Origin: a virus
Taxonomy: Duplodnaviria > Heunggongvirae > Uroviricota > Caudoviricetes
Virus record (IMG/VR): IMGVR_UViG_2724678985_000012
Strand: one strand, 5' to 3'
DNA length: 64,000 nt
Part shown: piece by piece, positions 38,586 through 48,290 of the stretch
How the letters are laid out: each line of letters begins with the position of its first letter
Numbering within the stretch: position 1 is the first letter of the stretch
The notes under the pieces: generated by a model
Databases searched by the model: none
What the model was told of the DNA's origin: nothing
Seen by the model: the letters and a program-made list of their open reading frames with translations, nothing else
Translations under genes and position numbers: made by a program

Positions 38586-40247
38586 TTAACCTAACTTCGC
38601 CCAGGTATCACGCAGCCCAACGGTGCGGTTAAATACCGGTTTTTCCGCCGTGGAATGGCGGCTGTCGAGGCAGAAATAACCTTCACGCTCAAACTGGAAT
38701 GCTTTACCCGCTACCGCTTCTTTCAGCGACGGTTCAGCAAAGCCCTGTTTGATCACCAGCGATTCCGGGTTAATCACCGACAGGAAATCATCCGCAGCAC
38801 CTGGGTTCGGTACACTGAACAGACGGTCGTACAGGCGAATTTCAACCGGCAGCGCATGGGCCGCGCTTACCCAGTGGATAACGCCTTTCACTTTACGACC
38901 ATCTGCCGGATCTTTGCTTAAAGTATCGGCATCGTAGGTACAGAAGATGGTGGTGATATTGCCTTCGGCATCTTTCTCCACGCGTTCAGCCTTAATGACG
39001 TAAGCATTACGCAGACGCACTTCTTTACCCAGCACCAGACGTTTGTACTGCTTGTTAGCTTCTTCGCGGAAATCGGCGCGGTCGATCCAAATCTCACCGC
39101 TAAACGGCACCTGACGGCTACCCATTTCCGGTTTGTTTGGATGGTTCGGCATGGTGACCATTTCGCCTTCGCCCTGGTAGTTTTCGATAACCAGTTTCAC
39201 CGGATCGATAACCGCCATTGCGCGCGGGGCATTTTCGTTGAGATCTTCACGGATGCAGGATTCCAGCGACGCCATCTCAATGGTGTTGTCCTGCTTGGTC
39301 ACGCCGATGCGTTTGCAGAACTCACGAATAGAAGCAGCAGTGTAACCACGACGACGCAGACCGGAAATGGTCGGCATACGCGGGTCATCCCAGCCTTCAA
39401 CGTGCTTGTCGGTTACCAGCTGGTTCAGCTTACGCTTGGACATCACGGTGTATTCCAGATTCAGGCGCGAGAATTCGTACTGGCGCGGATGAACAGGAAT
39501 GGTGATGTTGTCCAGTACCCAGTCATACAGACGACGGTTGTCCTGGAACTCAAGCGTACACAGAGAGTGCGTAATACCTTCCAGCGCATCGCTGATGCAG
39601 TGGGTGAAGTCGTACATCGGGTAGATGCACCACTTGTTGCCAGTCTGGTGGTGTTCAGCAAACTTAATACGGTACAGCACCGGGTCGCGCATCACGATAA
39701 ACGGCGAAGCCATGTCGATTTTCGCACGCAGGCAGGCTTTACCTTCTTCAAAACCACCGGCACGCATTTTTTCGAACAGCGCCAGGTTCTCTTCAACGCT
39801 GCGGTCGCGGTACGGGCTGTTTTTACCCGGCTGCGTCAGGGTGCCGCGGTATTCGCGGATCTGTTCCGGCGTCAGTTCGTCAACATACGCCAGTCCTTTG
39901 TTGATCAGTTCAACAGCATAGGCATGGAGTTTGTCAAAATAATCGGAGGAGTAACGGATGTTGCCAGACCAGTGAAAACCTAACCATTCAACGTCGTTTT
40001 TAATCGACTCGACGTACTCGATATCTTCTTTTACCGGGTTAGTGTCGTCGAAACGCAGGTTGCACTGGCCTTTATAGTCCTGGGCGATCCCGAAGTTCAG
40101 GCAGATAGATTTCGCATGACCAATATGCAGATAGCCATTCGGTTCCGGCGGGAAACGGGTATGTACTGTGGTGTGCTTACCACTGGCCAGATCTTCATCG
40201 ATGATCTGACGAATAAAGTTAGTCGGGCGGGCTTCTGCCTCACTCAT
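38586..40247 (-). CDS. glnS: Glutaminyl-tRNA synthetase, near-identical to enterobacterial chromosomal GlnS
   Basis: 553 aa; HIGH and VMSKR motifs; differs from E. coli GlnS (as recalled) at only a few positions. Confidence 0.95.
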   Translation of the reverse strand: MSEAEARPTNFIRQIIDEDLASGKHTTVHTRFPPEPNGYLHIGHAKSICLNFGIAQDYKGQCNLRFDDTNPVKEDIEYVESIKNDVEWLGFHWSGNIRYSSDYFDKLHAYAVELINKGLAYVDELTPEQIREYRGTLTQPGKNSPYRDRSVEENLALFEKMRAGGFEEGKACLRAKIDMASPFIVMRDPVLYRIKFAEHHQTGNKWCIYPMYDFTHCISDALEGITHSLCTLEFQDNRRLYDWVLDNITIPVHPRQYEFSRLNLEYTVMSKRKLNQLVTDKHVEGWDDPRMPTISGLRRRGYTAASIREFCKRIGVTKQDNTIEMASLESCIREDLNENAPRAMAVIDPVKLVIENYQGEGEMVTMPNHPNKPEMGSRQVPFSGEIWIDRADFREEANKQYKRLVLGKEVRLRNAYVIKAERVEKDAEGNITTIFCTYDADTLSKDPADGRKVKGVIHWVSAAHALPVEIRLYDRLFSVPNPGAADDFLSVINPESLVIKQGFAEPSLKEAVAGKAFQFEREGYFCLDSRHSTAEKPVFNRTVGLRDTWAKLG

Positions 40248-40407
40248 TGTGGATTCCTCAAAGCGTAAACAACGTATAACAGCGTATGATCTTATAAGCC
40301 GAATAGGCTGACAACCACTAGTTGATTAGAAATTGCTTTCTATCGTTATTTCAATAATGAGCTTTTTCATGAAGCCCACTTTTGCGCATAAGTAAATTAA
40401 TGAAAAA

Positions 40408-40482
40408 TGGTACACAATTGGAACCAAAAAGGATGTAAAGGTACACCAAATTAGTGGTGTATTGGTGCACCTTTGGTTCAAG
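40408..40482. repeat. Repeat cluster (GGTACAC, TTGGAACCAAAAAGGATGTAAA, near-palindrome GGTGTATTGGTGCACC)
   Basis: AAAGGATGTAAA plus GGTACA block recurs at 44408-44428. Confidence 0.4.
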
Positions 40483-40515
40483 ACTTTTTAAGTTCTAAAA
40501 CCAACCTGAAAGACT

Positions 40516-40803
40516 TTATTTTGCTTCTTCAGACTCCGCTAACATGAGGATAGCATGGCGGATCATATTCAATTTGCTGCGATTATGCTTTTTACTTAAC
40601 GCATCAAGTACCTGGTACTCGTATTCATTGAAACCAACACGAATAGATTTAAAATCACGTGGAGCGTCCTTATCGAGCACTTTGTTGTCTTCTGGTTGCT
40701 CACCCGGCACCAAATCAGCCTTACTTGCAAAATCCTCAATTCGGCGTTCAAGATCGGGGTCTTTTACTTCGGGGGCTTTTACCGATTTACGAGGCTTAAT
40801 CAC
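40516..40803 (-). CDS. ParG-like small centromere-binding partition protein
   Basis: 95 aa, downstream of and overlapping parA; basic N-terminus, RHH-like C-terminus. Confidence 0.5.
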   Translation of the reverse strand: MIKPRKSVKAPEVKDPDLERRIEDFASKADLVPGEQPEDNKVLDKDAPRDFKSIRVGFNEYEYQVLDALSKKHNRSKLNMIRHAILMLAESEEAK

Positions 40804-41437
40804 TTAATAACTCCTTAACCAACATCTGGATTTCACCTTTAGCTTTCCCGTTGTCCATCTCAACAACGCCCTTCCCTTCAGCCATGCAATCGCGGTAAAC
40901 CTTACGATCACGAATGATGGTTTTCAGCAACTTCAGTTGCGGATATTCAGCCAGGTACTCTTTGGCCTCATTGGTTTCATTCACAACCGGATTGGATGGG
41001 GCCATTGTTAAGACTGCGAACGCCTTAATGCTAGGATTAGGCATCAGGTCCAAAGCCTCTTCAAACACTTCAACAAAGTGTGCCAGCGTGTCTAAATCTG
41101 GTTGAGATGGTCTGAATGGGACCAACACAATATCTGCAGCGGTTATGCCTGTACGCATCTCTTTGCTATCGCGCCCGGCTGTATCAACAACAACAAATTC
41201 ATAACGCTTATCCAGATCGAGAAGTGTTTCTCGAATATTACCAAACTTCTGGACACAATGAATAACAGGAGAAACCTCTGCCGTGTTACGGTCAGCTGCC
41301 CAGCGGGCAGCTGTTCCTTGCTTGTCTGCATCTAGTAACACTACATCCTTATTTGCGCGGGCAAGCTCCGCACAGATGTTTACGCTTGTGGTTGATTTTC
41401 CACAGCCACCTTTTTGGCTGACTACCAATATAATCAT
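40796..41437 (-). CDS. parA: ParA/ParF-type partition ATPase
   Basis: Deviant Walker A KGGCGKST; start taken at MIILVVSQKGG (ORF track extends to 41467). Confidence 0.8.
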   Translation of the reverse strand: MIILVVSQKGGCGKSTTSVNICAELARANKDVVLLDADKQGTAARWAADRNTAEVSPVIHCVQKFGNIRETLLDLDKRYEFVVVDTAGRDSKEMRTGITAADIVLVPFRPSQPDLDTLAHFVEVFEEALDLMPNPSIKAFAVLTMAPSNPVVNETNEAKEYLAEYPQLKLLKTIIRDRKVYRDCMAEGKGVVEMDNGKAKGEIQMLVKELLSD

Positions 41438-41467
41438 ATCCGTTCCTCGGTGTGATTTTGGTATCAA

Positions 41468-41670
41468 AACGGTTCCAGATAAGAGCCTTCTTGATGCGGG
41501 ACAGGCTCTATAATGGAGTCATGAATGTTTGGCAAAGTATAACATCAATCAGACCAAATACACCTTATATTGCATCCTATTTAACACGAAATCAGCCCCA
41601 AATTGGAACCAGATACAAAATTGCATCATAACAGCACCTAACTGGTTCCAGATTAACACCAATTAGACAC
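41468..41670. repeat. Centromere/operator-like repeats GG(T/A)(T/A)CCAGAT upstream of parA
   Basis: GGTTCCAGAT at 41471, GGAACCAGAT at 41605, GGTTCCAGAT at 41644. Confidence 0.4.
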
Positions 41671-41724
41671 CATTAAGGCATAAAAAAGGCTGCAATTTGC
41701 AGCCTTAAACCAGCACATTTTCTG

Positions 41725-42069
41725 TCAATCAGGTAGAGAGTCAGCCAGATTGCGCGCCGACGCGCTTTTGGCAACAACTTGCTCCTTCACTGGCTCAATG
41801 GAGGCAGGGCGCTCCTCAACCGCAGCTGGTAGTTCCAGGAAGGATGCCAGCATTTTTCGGATCAGCTCCGGGTTATTGTCTTCGGTCAGCAGGGAAGCCA
41901 GTAATCCTGGAAGCCTGCTATCGACTTCTCCCAGCGCAAGCCCTGCCAACAATGCGGTTCTTGCCATATCGCTATGTTTTTTTATCTTCTCGCTCGCCGC
42001 CTTTTCATTGGCATAAGCCTCTGGGCGAAGATAAATCATCACTTTCTTACGTTCCTGAGACATGGACAT
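41725..42069 (-). CDS. parR: ParR-like centromere-binding protein
   Basis: 114 aa immediately downstream of parM. Confidence 0.5.
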   Translation of the reverse strand: MSMSQERKKVMIYLRPEAYANEKAASEKIKKHSDMARTALLAGLALGEVDSRLPGLLASLLTEDNNPELIRKMLASFLELPAAVEERPASIEPVKEQVVAKSASARNLADSLPD

Positions 42070-42076
42070 TACCTCG

Positions 42077-43057
42077 TTAACCGATTGCTTTCAGGCCATG
42101 AACAAGAGCAAGTTGCGGGTCATCCGCCACGAAGAAACGGTCATCACGAATATTAACTTGCTCGCGAATTGCATCTGCCACCAGCGGTGCGCCACCACCG
42201 ATCACCATGACATGCGTATATCCTTTAAAGTCGCCAATCACATCAAGAACGCGGGTACGCAGACGGTCAATGCTTGCGGCAATGGCCTTTTTCACATCAC
42301 CAATCGCTGATGGGTCATTGATATTGTCGTTCAGATAATCTTCATCGTGGCGGTTAATAATGAGCTGATCAACATTGTAATTTGACGTTTCGGTATTGGC
42401 CCTTGCAAGTGCTTGCCTTACTTCCCTGGTGACCAGTGATACACCAAGATTCGAATCGCCAAAAACACGGGAAACTGCCGTCATTTGCCCGGCGACCATT
42501 GAAACATCAAGGGTAGTTCCACCCAAATCGACGATAAGAACAGAATGGGCAGGGTTCAGATTGTCGCACAGGCCAATTCCTGCCGGAATAGACTCCGGTC
42601 GTACCGTAACTTTCTTAATCGTGAACACATTGCCTTTATTCAGCGTGACGGGGCGCATAAGACTGGCTTTCTTGCGCTCGATGTTATCGAGATTGTATTG
42701 CGCGTCGTCGTCGTAAAACTCCGCCAGAGGCAGCGTGACCACAATTTCTACTTCCTGCGGCTCAATGCCACTTGTCAGCAGGGCATGGTGAACAGCCAGG
42801 ACGTTAAGCGGGCTGTATTGCCATTCCACATTATTCGTCGGCAGAACATCTGGCGATATCAAGTCGTATGAATACTTTTCGTCGTCAATGACATAGTTAA
42901 ACGGCTTGCCAGCACCAAATGTTGCTGACCATCCGCGCTTAAAGCTGTTAGGACTGATGTGAGTGCGAGTTTCCCCGTCGTGCTCCCACAGCATTTTGAT
43001 ATTGGTTGAACCATCATCGATAAAAATGCGCATCTTCTTGCTCCACTTCTGAGACAC
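42077..43057 (-). CDS. parM: ParM/StbA actin-like segregation ATPase
   Basis: MRIFIDDGSTNIK actin-fold phosphate-1 motif; probable start at 43033. Confidence 0.85.
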   Translation of the reverse strand: MSQKWSKKMRIFIDDGSTNIKMLWEHDGETRTHISPNSFKRGWSATFGAGKPFNYVIDDEKYSYDLISPDVLPTNNVEWQYSPLNVLAVHHALLTSGIEPQEVEIVVTLPLAEFYDDDAQYNLDNIERKKASLMRPVTLNKGNVFTIKKVTVRPESIPAGIGLCDNLNPAHSVLIVDLGGTTLDVSMVAGQMTAVSRVFGDSNLGVSLVTREVRQALARANTETSNYNVDQLIINRHDEDYLNDNINDPSAIGDVKKAIAASIDRLRTRVLDVIGDFKGYTHVMVIGGGAPLVADAIREQVNIRDDRFFVADDPQLALVHGLKAIG

Positions 43058-43058
43058 A

Positions 43059-43215
43059 TTTGAGAATCAAAATGTAATTTTAAAAGAGAAGCACCCAAAA
43101 ATCCACACCAAACGAGACAAAAAAAGAGCGCTTGTTGAGTTTATTTTGAGAATATCTTAATCACCCACTGAATGATGGCCTGATAGTGAGATTTATTTGA
43201 GAATGAATTGAGAAT
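43059..43215. repeat. parC-like centromere iterons (TTTGAGAAT)
   Basis: Copies at 43059, 43145, 43196 and 43207 upstream of parM. Confidence 0.5.
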
Positions 43216-43300
43216 ACAAAAATATTCCGAAATTTAACTCTCCGTTTGAATGACGAAATAACAAAGTGATGACAATAGGAGGATAACCAGGAGGTGAAGA

Positions 43301-43585
43301 ATGAGCGCAATAGCCACCAGCGACACCCTTTGTTCTGGTCACGGAGGATTTCCGCCGCGACTGGTAGCTGAAACCGTTCCCTGGTTCACCGTTAACGGTA
43401 AGCCAGTTGTTGTAGATGGTGCCATGTTTCCCAGTCACACTGACGGTAACAGTGCACACCCAGGGGCAGCTGTATCGACGCGAGTATGGTTTTCGATAGG
43501 TGGAAAGGGAGTTGTCTGTGTAGGCGATCCGCTTTCTTGTGGTTCTGTTATCGCCAACGGCGAGGATATTTTTCAGGTTGCATAA
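43301..43585 (+). CDS. PAAR-like spike-tip protein
   Basis: 94 aa; Gly/Cys/His-rich beta-rich sequence with HPGAA motif; AGGAGG RBS. Confidence 0.45.
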   Translation: MSAIATSDTLCSGHGGFPPRLVAETVPWFTVNGKPVVVDGAMFPSHTDGNSAHPGAAVSTRVWFSIGGKGVVCVGDPLSCGSVIANGEDIFQVA

Positions 43586-44388
43586 TGCTTGATTCAATAG
43601 GTGAAGTTAAAGCCTTCAAAATTCTGTCAGATGCCGGTATCTCTACACCAGAATCTATAACCATAAGCCGGGCAGCTTCTGTAAAAGCCTCATCGCTCGC
43701 CAGCGCCATACAGGGAATAGTTCACGCCGATAAAACCTATCCTGATTCTGTTTCGGCCTGGACTACTCAATTGCTTGGCTTTTCTGAACAGCTCAATGAG
43801 GCCAGCAAAGCGTCTTCATTACTGGCTGATTCTCTTTCCCCATACACCAAGCCATCAGAGCTGTTACAGATGAAGATTGGCTGGGAATGCTACGCAAAAG
43901 GTAACGAGCTGACCCCCATACCTGCTTTCGCCCTTGTTGAGGGAATGGGGAATGTTTCCATTCCGCAATCTCTAACGGACGCATTGACGGCGCTAAAACT
44001 TGATGCTCTGAAAACCGCCATGAACGCCATTAACGCAAAAATTGAAGCTGCCGGAAGTGCTGGTGGTGATAGCAATGGTGGGCAGGGTGGTACTGGGGGC
44101 GCTCAGGCTCCAGTCATTACTCAGGATGAAATTGATGCTTTACGGGAAGCAGTGACAGCCGCCGAAGTTTTACTCTCCGAAATTAACTCAGCAAGTGAGA
44201 GTGTCGTAGCCCTTGCAGGTCGCATTAAAACGTCAACCACTCAGGCAACCAAAGGTTTAGAGAACGCTGTCGCCATCACGTTAACTGGTTCTCTACTGGA
44301 TGATGCAGTAATGAGTCCGGCAATCAGTTTAATCATGCCACAAGGCGTTATCGACGCACTCCAAACGAACACCAAAAAGGAACCATAG
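43585..44388 (+). CDS. Hypothetical protein
   Basis: 268 aa from MLDSIGEV; start overlaps PAAR stop (TAATG). Confidence 0.4.
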   Translation: MLDSIGEVKAFKILSDAGISTPESITISRAASVKASSLASAIQGIVHADKTYPDSVSAWTTQLLGFSEQLNEASKASSLLADSLSPYTKPSELLQMKIGWECYAKGNELTPIPAFALVEGMGNVSIPQSLTDALTALKLDALKTAMNAINAKIEAAGSAGGDSNGGQGGTGGAQAPVITQDEIDALREAVTAAEVLLSEINSASESVVALAGRIKTSTTQATKGLENAVAITLTGSLLDDAVMSPAISLIMPQGVIDALQTNTKKEP

Positions 44389-44446
44389 CAACACCACTTA
44401 GGAACACAAAAGGATGTAAATTGGTACATGTTTAACACCAAAAAAA

Positions 44447-44920
44447 ATGAACCTGAAGAGGATGGTTTTGAAAAAGATAATTTTGATTGTAATTGCGCTT
44501 TTAGCCATTTCTGGAATTTACCGAACAACGACGGCAGTTATCGAACACATCAGGTATGTCCGATCGCTTGAAGACTCAAAATCACAACTGGAAAGCACGA
44601 ACAACACGCTTTCTACCGCATTACAGTTAAGTGAGAACGCTCGCTCAGCCATGCTGACCGAAAACGAAAGAATTAAAGCACTGGAAAAGGAGTACCAGCG
44701 CAAAACAGCAGAACTGAATGCCAACCTAATCAAACAACGGGAGGAAAGCCAGAATGAAATCACTCGCCTTGAAAATGCGTTACGCCGTGCTGGGATTAAC
44801 GATGTGCGTGTGCCTGATGACGTTATCAGGATGCAGCGGGAACGGGCAAAAGCCATCAACCAGCGTGCCAGTGAAAATTACCGTAGAAGCCACCAGCAAG
44901 CCGCAGGCAAATCTGATTGA
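44447..44920 (+). CDS. Rz-like inner-membrane spanin
   Basis: 157 aa; N-terminal TM anchor then coiled coil. Confidence 0.55.
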   Translation: MNLKRMVLKKIILIVIALLAISGIYRTTTAVIEHIRYVRSLEDSKSQLESTNNTLSTALQLSENARSAMLTENERIKALEKEYQRKTAELNANLIKQREESQNEITRLENALRRAGINDVRVPDDVIRMQRERAKAINQRASENYRRSHQQAAGKSD

Positions 44921-45086
44921 TTACTCCCCTTGTTTAGTGCCAGAAGACACGCCAGTGCTGTTAAACAAGTATCCGACATACGCTGAACAGCTATTCAGCA
45001 CGATCGACGAATGCAACCAACGAAACGCACTGAATAACCAAAGAAACAGGGAGATTTGGGAAGGGAAGGGGGATCAAGGCTCCTGA
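44775..45086 (+). CDS. Rz1-like outer-membrane lipoprotein spanin, embedded in +1 frame of Rz
   Basis: Lipobox LSGC, Pro-rich; overlaps the 3' half of Rz ORF. Confidence 0.55.
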   Translation: MRYAVLGLTMCVCLMTLSGCSGNGQKPSTSVPVKITVEATSKPQANLIDYSPCLVPEDTPVLLNKYPTYAEQLFSTIDECNQRNALNNQRNREIWEGKGDQGS

Positions 45087-45532
45087 AGCCAGATGTCCTG
45101 GCTGTCAGCTTCTTCGAAACCGTGACAGACGTTAAAGTCACTCAAACGATACTGACGCTGACGGCCCCTATTTCGCTCATGCCAATGCATATATCCACCA
45201 GCAAATGCCAGCGGACAATCGCTATAGTCTATGTAACCAATACCATTCCCCAAACGTGCTTCGCGCGCACCAGCTTTCCAGGACAGTAGAAAAGAGTCAC
45301 GATCCGCCAGCATAACAACAAAATCGTCCGGATCTCCGATACAGTGAAGAATACCTGCCTTACATAACTGCTTGAGCGCTTTTGACTGGCTCAGGATGTC
45401 TTCTCCGTAATACTGAAAACAATCATCAACAACAGCGGGATAGCCTGCCGGGGGATTCAGGCTGGTTGGTATAGCTGACGCGATCGCCAGCATTAAGCGA
45501 TATTGTGTTTTTGATGGGTTAACGTGACTCAT
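45074..45532 (-). CDS. Hypothetical protein
   Basis: 152-aa ORF. Confidence 0.4.
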   Translation of the reverse strand: MSHVNPSKTQYRLMLAIASAIPTSLNPPAGYPAVVDDCFQYYGEDILSQSKALKQLCKAGILHCIGDPDDFVVMLADRDSFLLSWKAGAREARLGNGIGYIDYSDCPLAFAGGYMHWHERNRGRQRQYRLSDFNVCHGFEEADSQDIWLQEP

Positions 45533-45548
45533 TTTGTCCCTTGTTTAC

Positions 45549-45941
45549 TCATTGTCGCCATGCATTTTTTAACTCAGGAATATCTGCCATTTCAATTAAC
45601 TTGCGAAGTCCAGCACTGACTTTCCCATTGCCAACCATAGCAAGCCAATCTCTTACAGCTTTCGGCATGTAGAGCGTTGCAGTTACCGGCTCTTCAACCC
45701 TGGCAGGACATCCGCATACAGGCCATTTAATTGATTCCATAACTTCGGATGCCGGGGTGAGGGCGGGGACATTGAGTATATCTCTACCAGAAAACTGGAT
45801 AACGATCCGTTCAGCGAGCGAGAGTATCTCACTTTCGGCAAGAATTGATGCCAACTGCGCCTCAACAAGAAAGCGACTTGTTGTGTTCAGAGAGTGGCTC
45901 TTAGCGCCATTTTTATACGAAACAAAGATTCGATACGCCAT
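45549..45941 (-). CDS. Hypothetical protein (operator-controlled)
   Basis: 130-aa ORF with operator-like site just upstream. Confidence 0.4.
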   Translation of the reverse strand: MAYRIFVSYKNGAKSHSLNTTSRFLVEAQLASILAESEILSLAERIVIQFSGRDILNVPALTPASEVMESIKWPVCGCPARVEEPVTATLYMPKAVRDWLAMVGNGKVSAGLRKLIEMADIPELKNAWRQ

Positions 45942-45956
45942 AACTCTAATGATTTG

Positions 45957-45971
45957 TGTTAGAAAACTAAA
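45957..45971 (-). promoter_or_regulatory. C1-type operator-like site (reverse orientation)
   Basis: TGTTAGAAAACTAAA exact reverse complement of motif. Confidence 0.5.
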
Positions 45972-46099
45972 ATTAAATCACATAACAACATGCGTGTTAA
46001 TAGATTTTATTTTACTAAACCTATTGACTAAATCACAAAGTAGGTATTGTTAGCCCGTCAAAAGAACCTTCACGCCGCGCCCGAATTTAGGGCTTAACC

Positions 46100-47797
46100 G
46101 TGAATAAAAACATTCAGCCAGCTCGTGATCGCGAGCGCGAGATTATGAATCGGGCGGCAAGCGTCATGGCTATGACCGTCGATCCGACCACCGATGCAGC
46201 AGGCAACATGATTGCTGACCAGGCAGTAATGATGGAAAACCTGGATAAAGCAATCCAGAAAGTGCCTATGTTTGAAGGCGTAAATCCAGAGGTCGCTCGT
46301 CAGATCACTGGTGGGTGGGCTATGTCTCTGCATGAGTATAAACGTCAACATGGTCATTACCCGGCAAGTGACATCCTGGCGAACGCACACATGGCTCTTG
46401 AACGCCTGATGACTGAATGTGCCAGTGATACCCATGAAGGCACGGGTAAGGCAATGTTTGAGTCTGTCGCGCAATCAATGCGTAGCTCTGACGGCGTAAT
46501 GAAAGTTGCTCAATATGCTGCTCTAATTCTGCCTGCCTCTCTGGGCGCTGCTACCAGTGATGCCTGTACTTTTGTTCCTTGTGATCGTGACGAGTCAAAT
46601 ATTTATGAACTGGTCAACGTAGCAGGCACAAAATTCGGCACCTTCAAACAAGGTGACGAACTGAATATGCAGTCAGCTGGTGTTTATTCTCAAATGAAGC
46701 GCCTGTATACCCTTTCCACTAAAGGGGATGGCAGCACCAAAACCTTCCAGTTCGACATCCAAAATTTTGAGGGACAATCCTGCCCGCTTCGCGCTGGTTA
46801 TAACAAACTGCTGATCAACCGCAAACCGTCCAAAGTTGACGACGGCGATGGCAACCTTTATTTCAATGCTAAAGACAGCAAAGGTAATGCTTTCTCAGCG
46901 ACTGCCAAAGTTGCCTATGACACTGGTGTCATTGACATTACATTTACCCAGGCTCCGCCAGAAGGTACTGAAATTGCTGTTCAGGTCGAAATTAACATCG
47001 AGCGCAATCCAAGCCTGATTCCTGTGATCAACCAGGCTATGCGTAAGTACGAAGTTCGTCCGTCCCAGTACGTAATTGCTTCCGAACACACGGTAATGTC
47101 CGCATCCGATTTAAGCCGTGAGCACGGCCTTGAATTAGCGGCACTTCAGTTCTCCGCGATGCGTAACTGGATCTCCCATGAAACCGACATCATGCGTCTG
47201 CGCACCCTGGTATTCCATACCGTTTATGGTCGTGAATTTGATGTGGCTCTGCCGGAAGCTCAAAACTATGAGTCCTGGGTCGGCCTCCTGCGTCACGTAG
47301 TAAACGCTCTGTCTCAGGAAATGGCAAATCGTACCCTGACAACGGGGATTCGTGGCGGCTTTGCTGGTGGTGACGCCGCGAACTTCCTGCGCTCTCTGCC
47401 TCCACAGCACTTCCAGATCGCACCAGGTTACGTTCAGTCGCCGTATGTACAGTACATCGGCACCCTGTTTGGCACGATTCGTATTTACGAAGTGCCGCAA
47501 CCTGTCTGTGAGCAATTCCAGGCACAGGGATATGACTTCGGGCTGGATGACATCTTCTTCTATGGGCGTGGCGAAGGCATCGGTAAAGCCGGTCTGATTG
47601 CTGGTGATGCAGTCCCAGCAATCCCTTACGTGCACGAAACCAATCCGTCTCTCGTTAACCGTACCACTCTCTGGGGCAGTGCCATCAACGAAGTGCATCC
47701 TCGCAACGGTGAAAACTACTTCACCCGCCTGCGTCTGACTCGTGCCAAAGAAGGTGCTATCGACATGCTGACAGGCAAGGTTAACGAAAAAAAGTGA
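46100..47797 (+). CDS. Virion structural protein, probable major head protein (P1 gp23-like by position)
   Basis: 565 aa; first gene of structural operon, followed by Ig-like decoration gene and sheath-like gene; assignment by synteny. Confidence 0.45.
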   Translation: MNKNIQPARDREREIMNRAASVMAMTVDPTTDAAGNMIADQAVMMENLDKAIQKVPMFEGVNPEVARQITGGWAMSLHEYKRQHGHYPASDILANAHMALERLMTECASDTHEGTGKAMFESVAQSMRSSDGVMKVAQYAALILPASLGAATSDACTFVPCDRDESNIYELVNVAGTKFGTFKQGDELNMQSAGVYSQMKRLYTLSTKGDGSTKTFQFDIQNFEGQSCPLRAGYNKLLINRKPSKVDDGDGNLYFNAKDSKGNAFSATAKVAYDTGVIDITFTQAPPEGTEIAVQVEINIERNPSLIPVINQAMRKYEVRPSQYVIASEHTVMSASDLSREHGLELAALQFSAMRNWISHETDIMRLRTLVFHTVYGREFDVALPEAQNYESWVGLLRHVVNALSQEMANRTLTTGIRGGFAGGDAANFLRSLPPQHFQIAPGYVQSPYVQYIGTLFGTIRIYEVPQPVCEQFQAQGYDFGLDDIFFYGRGEGIGKAGLIAGDAVPAIPYVHETNPSLVNRTTLWGSAINEVHPRNGENYFTRLRLTRAKEGAIDMLTGKVNEKK

Positions 47798-47944
47798 TGG
47801 TGGCGAACGTGTCGGTATCACCAACGTCACTTGACGTAGATGAAGGTGAAACTATCGCCGCGAACACTTCAAAGGCACAGAAAAAAACAAAGCAGAAGTA
47901 AGGCAAAAACACGCCCCTGAATAAGGGGCGTTCAGGAGAAAAGA

Positions 47945-48223
47945 ATGGCAAACATTCAAGTAACTATCACGCCATCTGACGCAACAGACAAATCTTTCAC
48001 TGTTGAGTCAGATCACCCTGAAATTGTCCAGGTTGATGGCACTACATGTACCGCTCTTAAGGCCGGGCAGGCAGTGCTGACAATCAAAACAAATGACGGC
48101 AATAAAACCGCACAGTGCACAGTCACTGTTAGGGAGGCACCTAAAAGCGTAAGCGCCGTCAGTGTTGAACCAACTACGAAAGAAGTAACCGTAGGCGACA
48201 ACTTCACGGTAAGCGAATCCTGA
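47945..48223 (+). CDS. Ig-like (Big_2-type) domain protein, possible decoration protein
   Basis: 92 aa; beta-rich Thr/Val pattern; AGGAG RBS. Confidence 0.45.
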   Translation: MANIQVTITPSDATDKSFTVESDHPEIVQVDGTTCTALKAGQAVLTIKTNDGNKTAQCTVTVREAPKSVSAVSVEPTTKEVTVGDNFTVSES

Positions 48224-48290
48224 TCAGAGGCTGCCCATTAACCGTGGGTAGCCTTGCCTCGTTCTCTCGCTTTAGAGGATAAGAACCAGC

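Noticed and set aside
39141-39983. 280-aa plus-strand ORF
   Set aside because: Lies entirely antisense within the highly conserved glnS coding sequence; a GC-rich antisense frame artefact.
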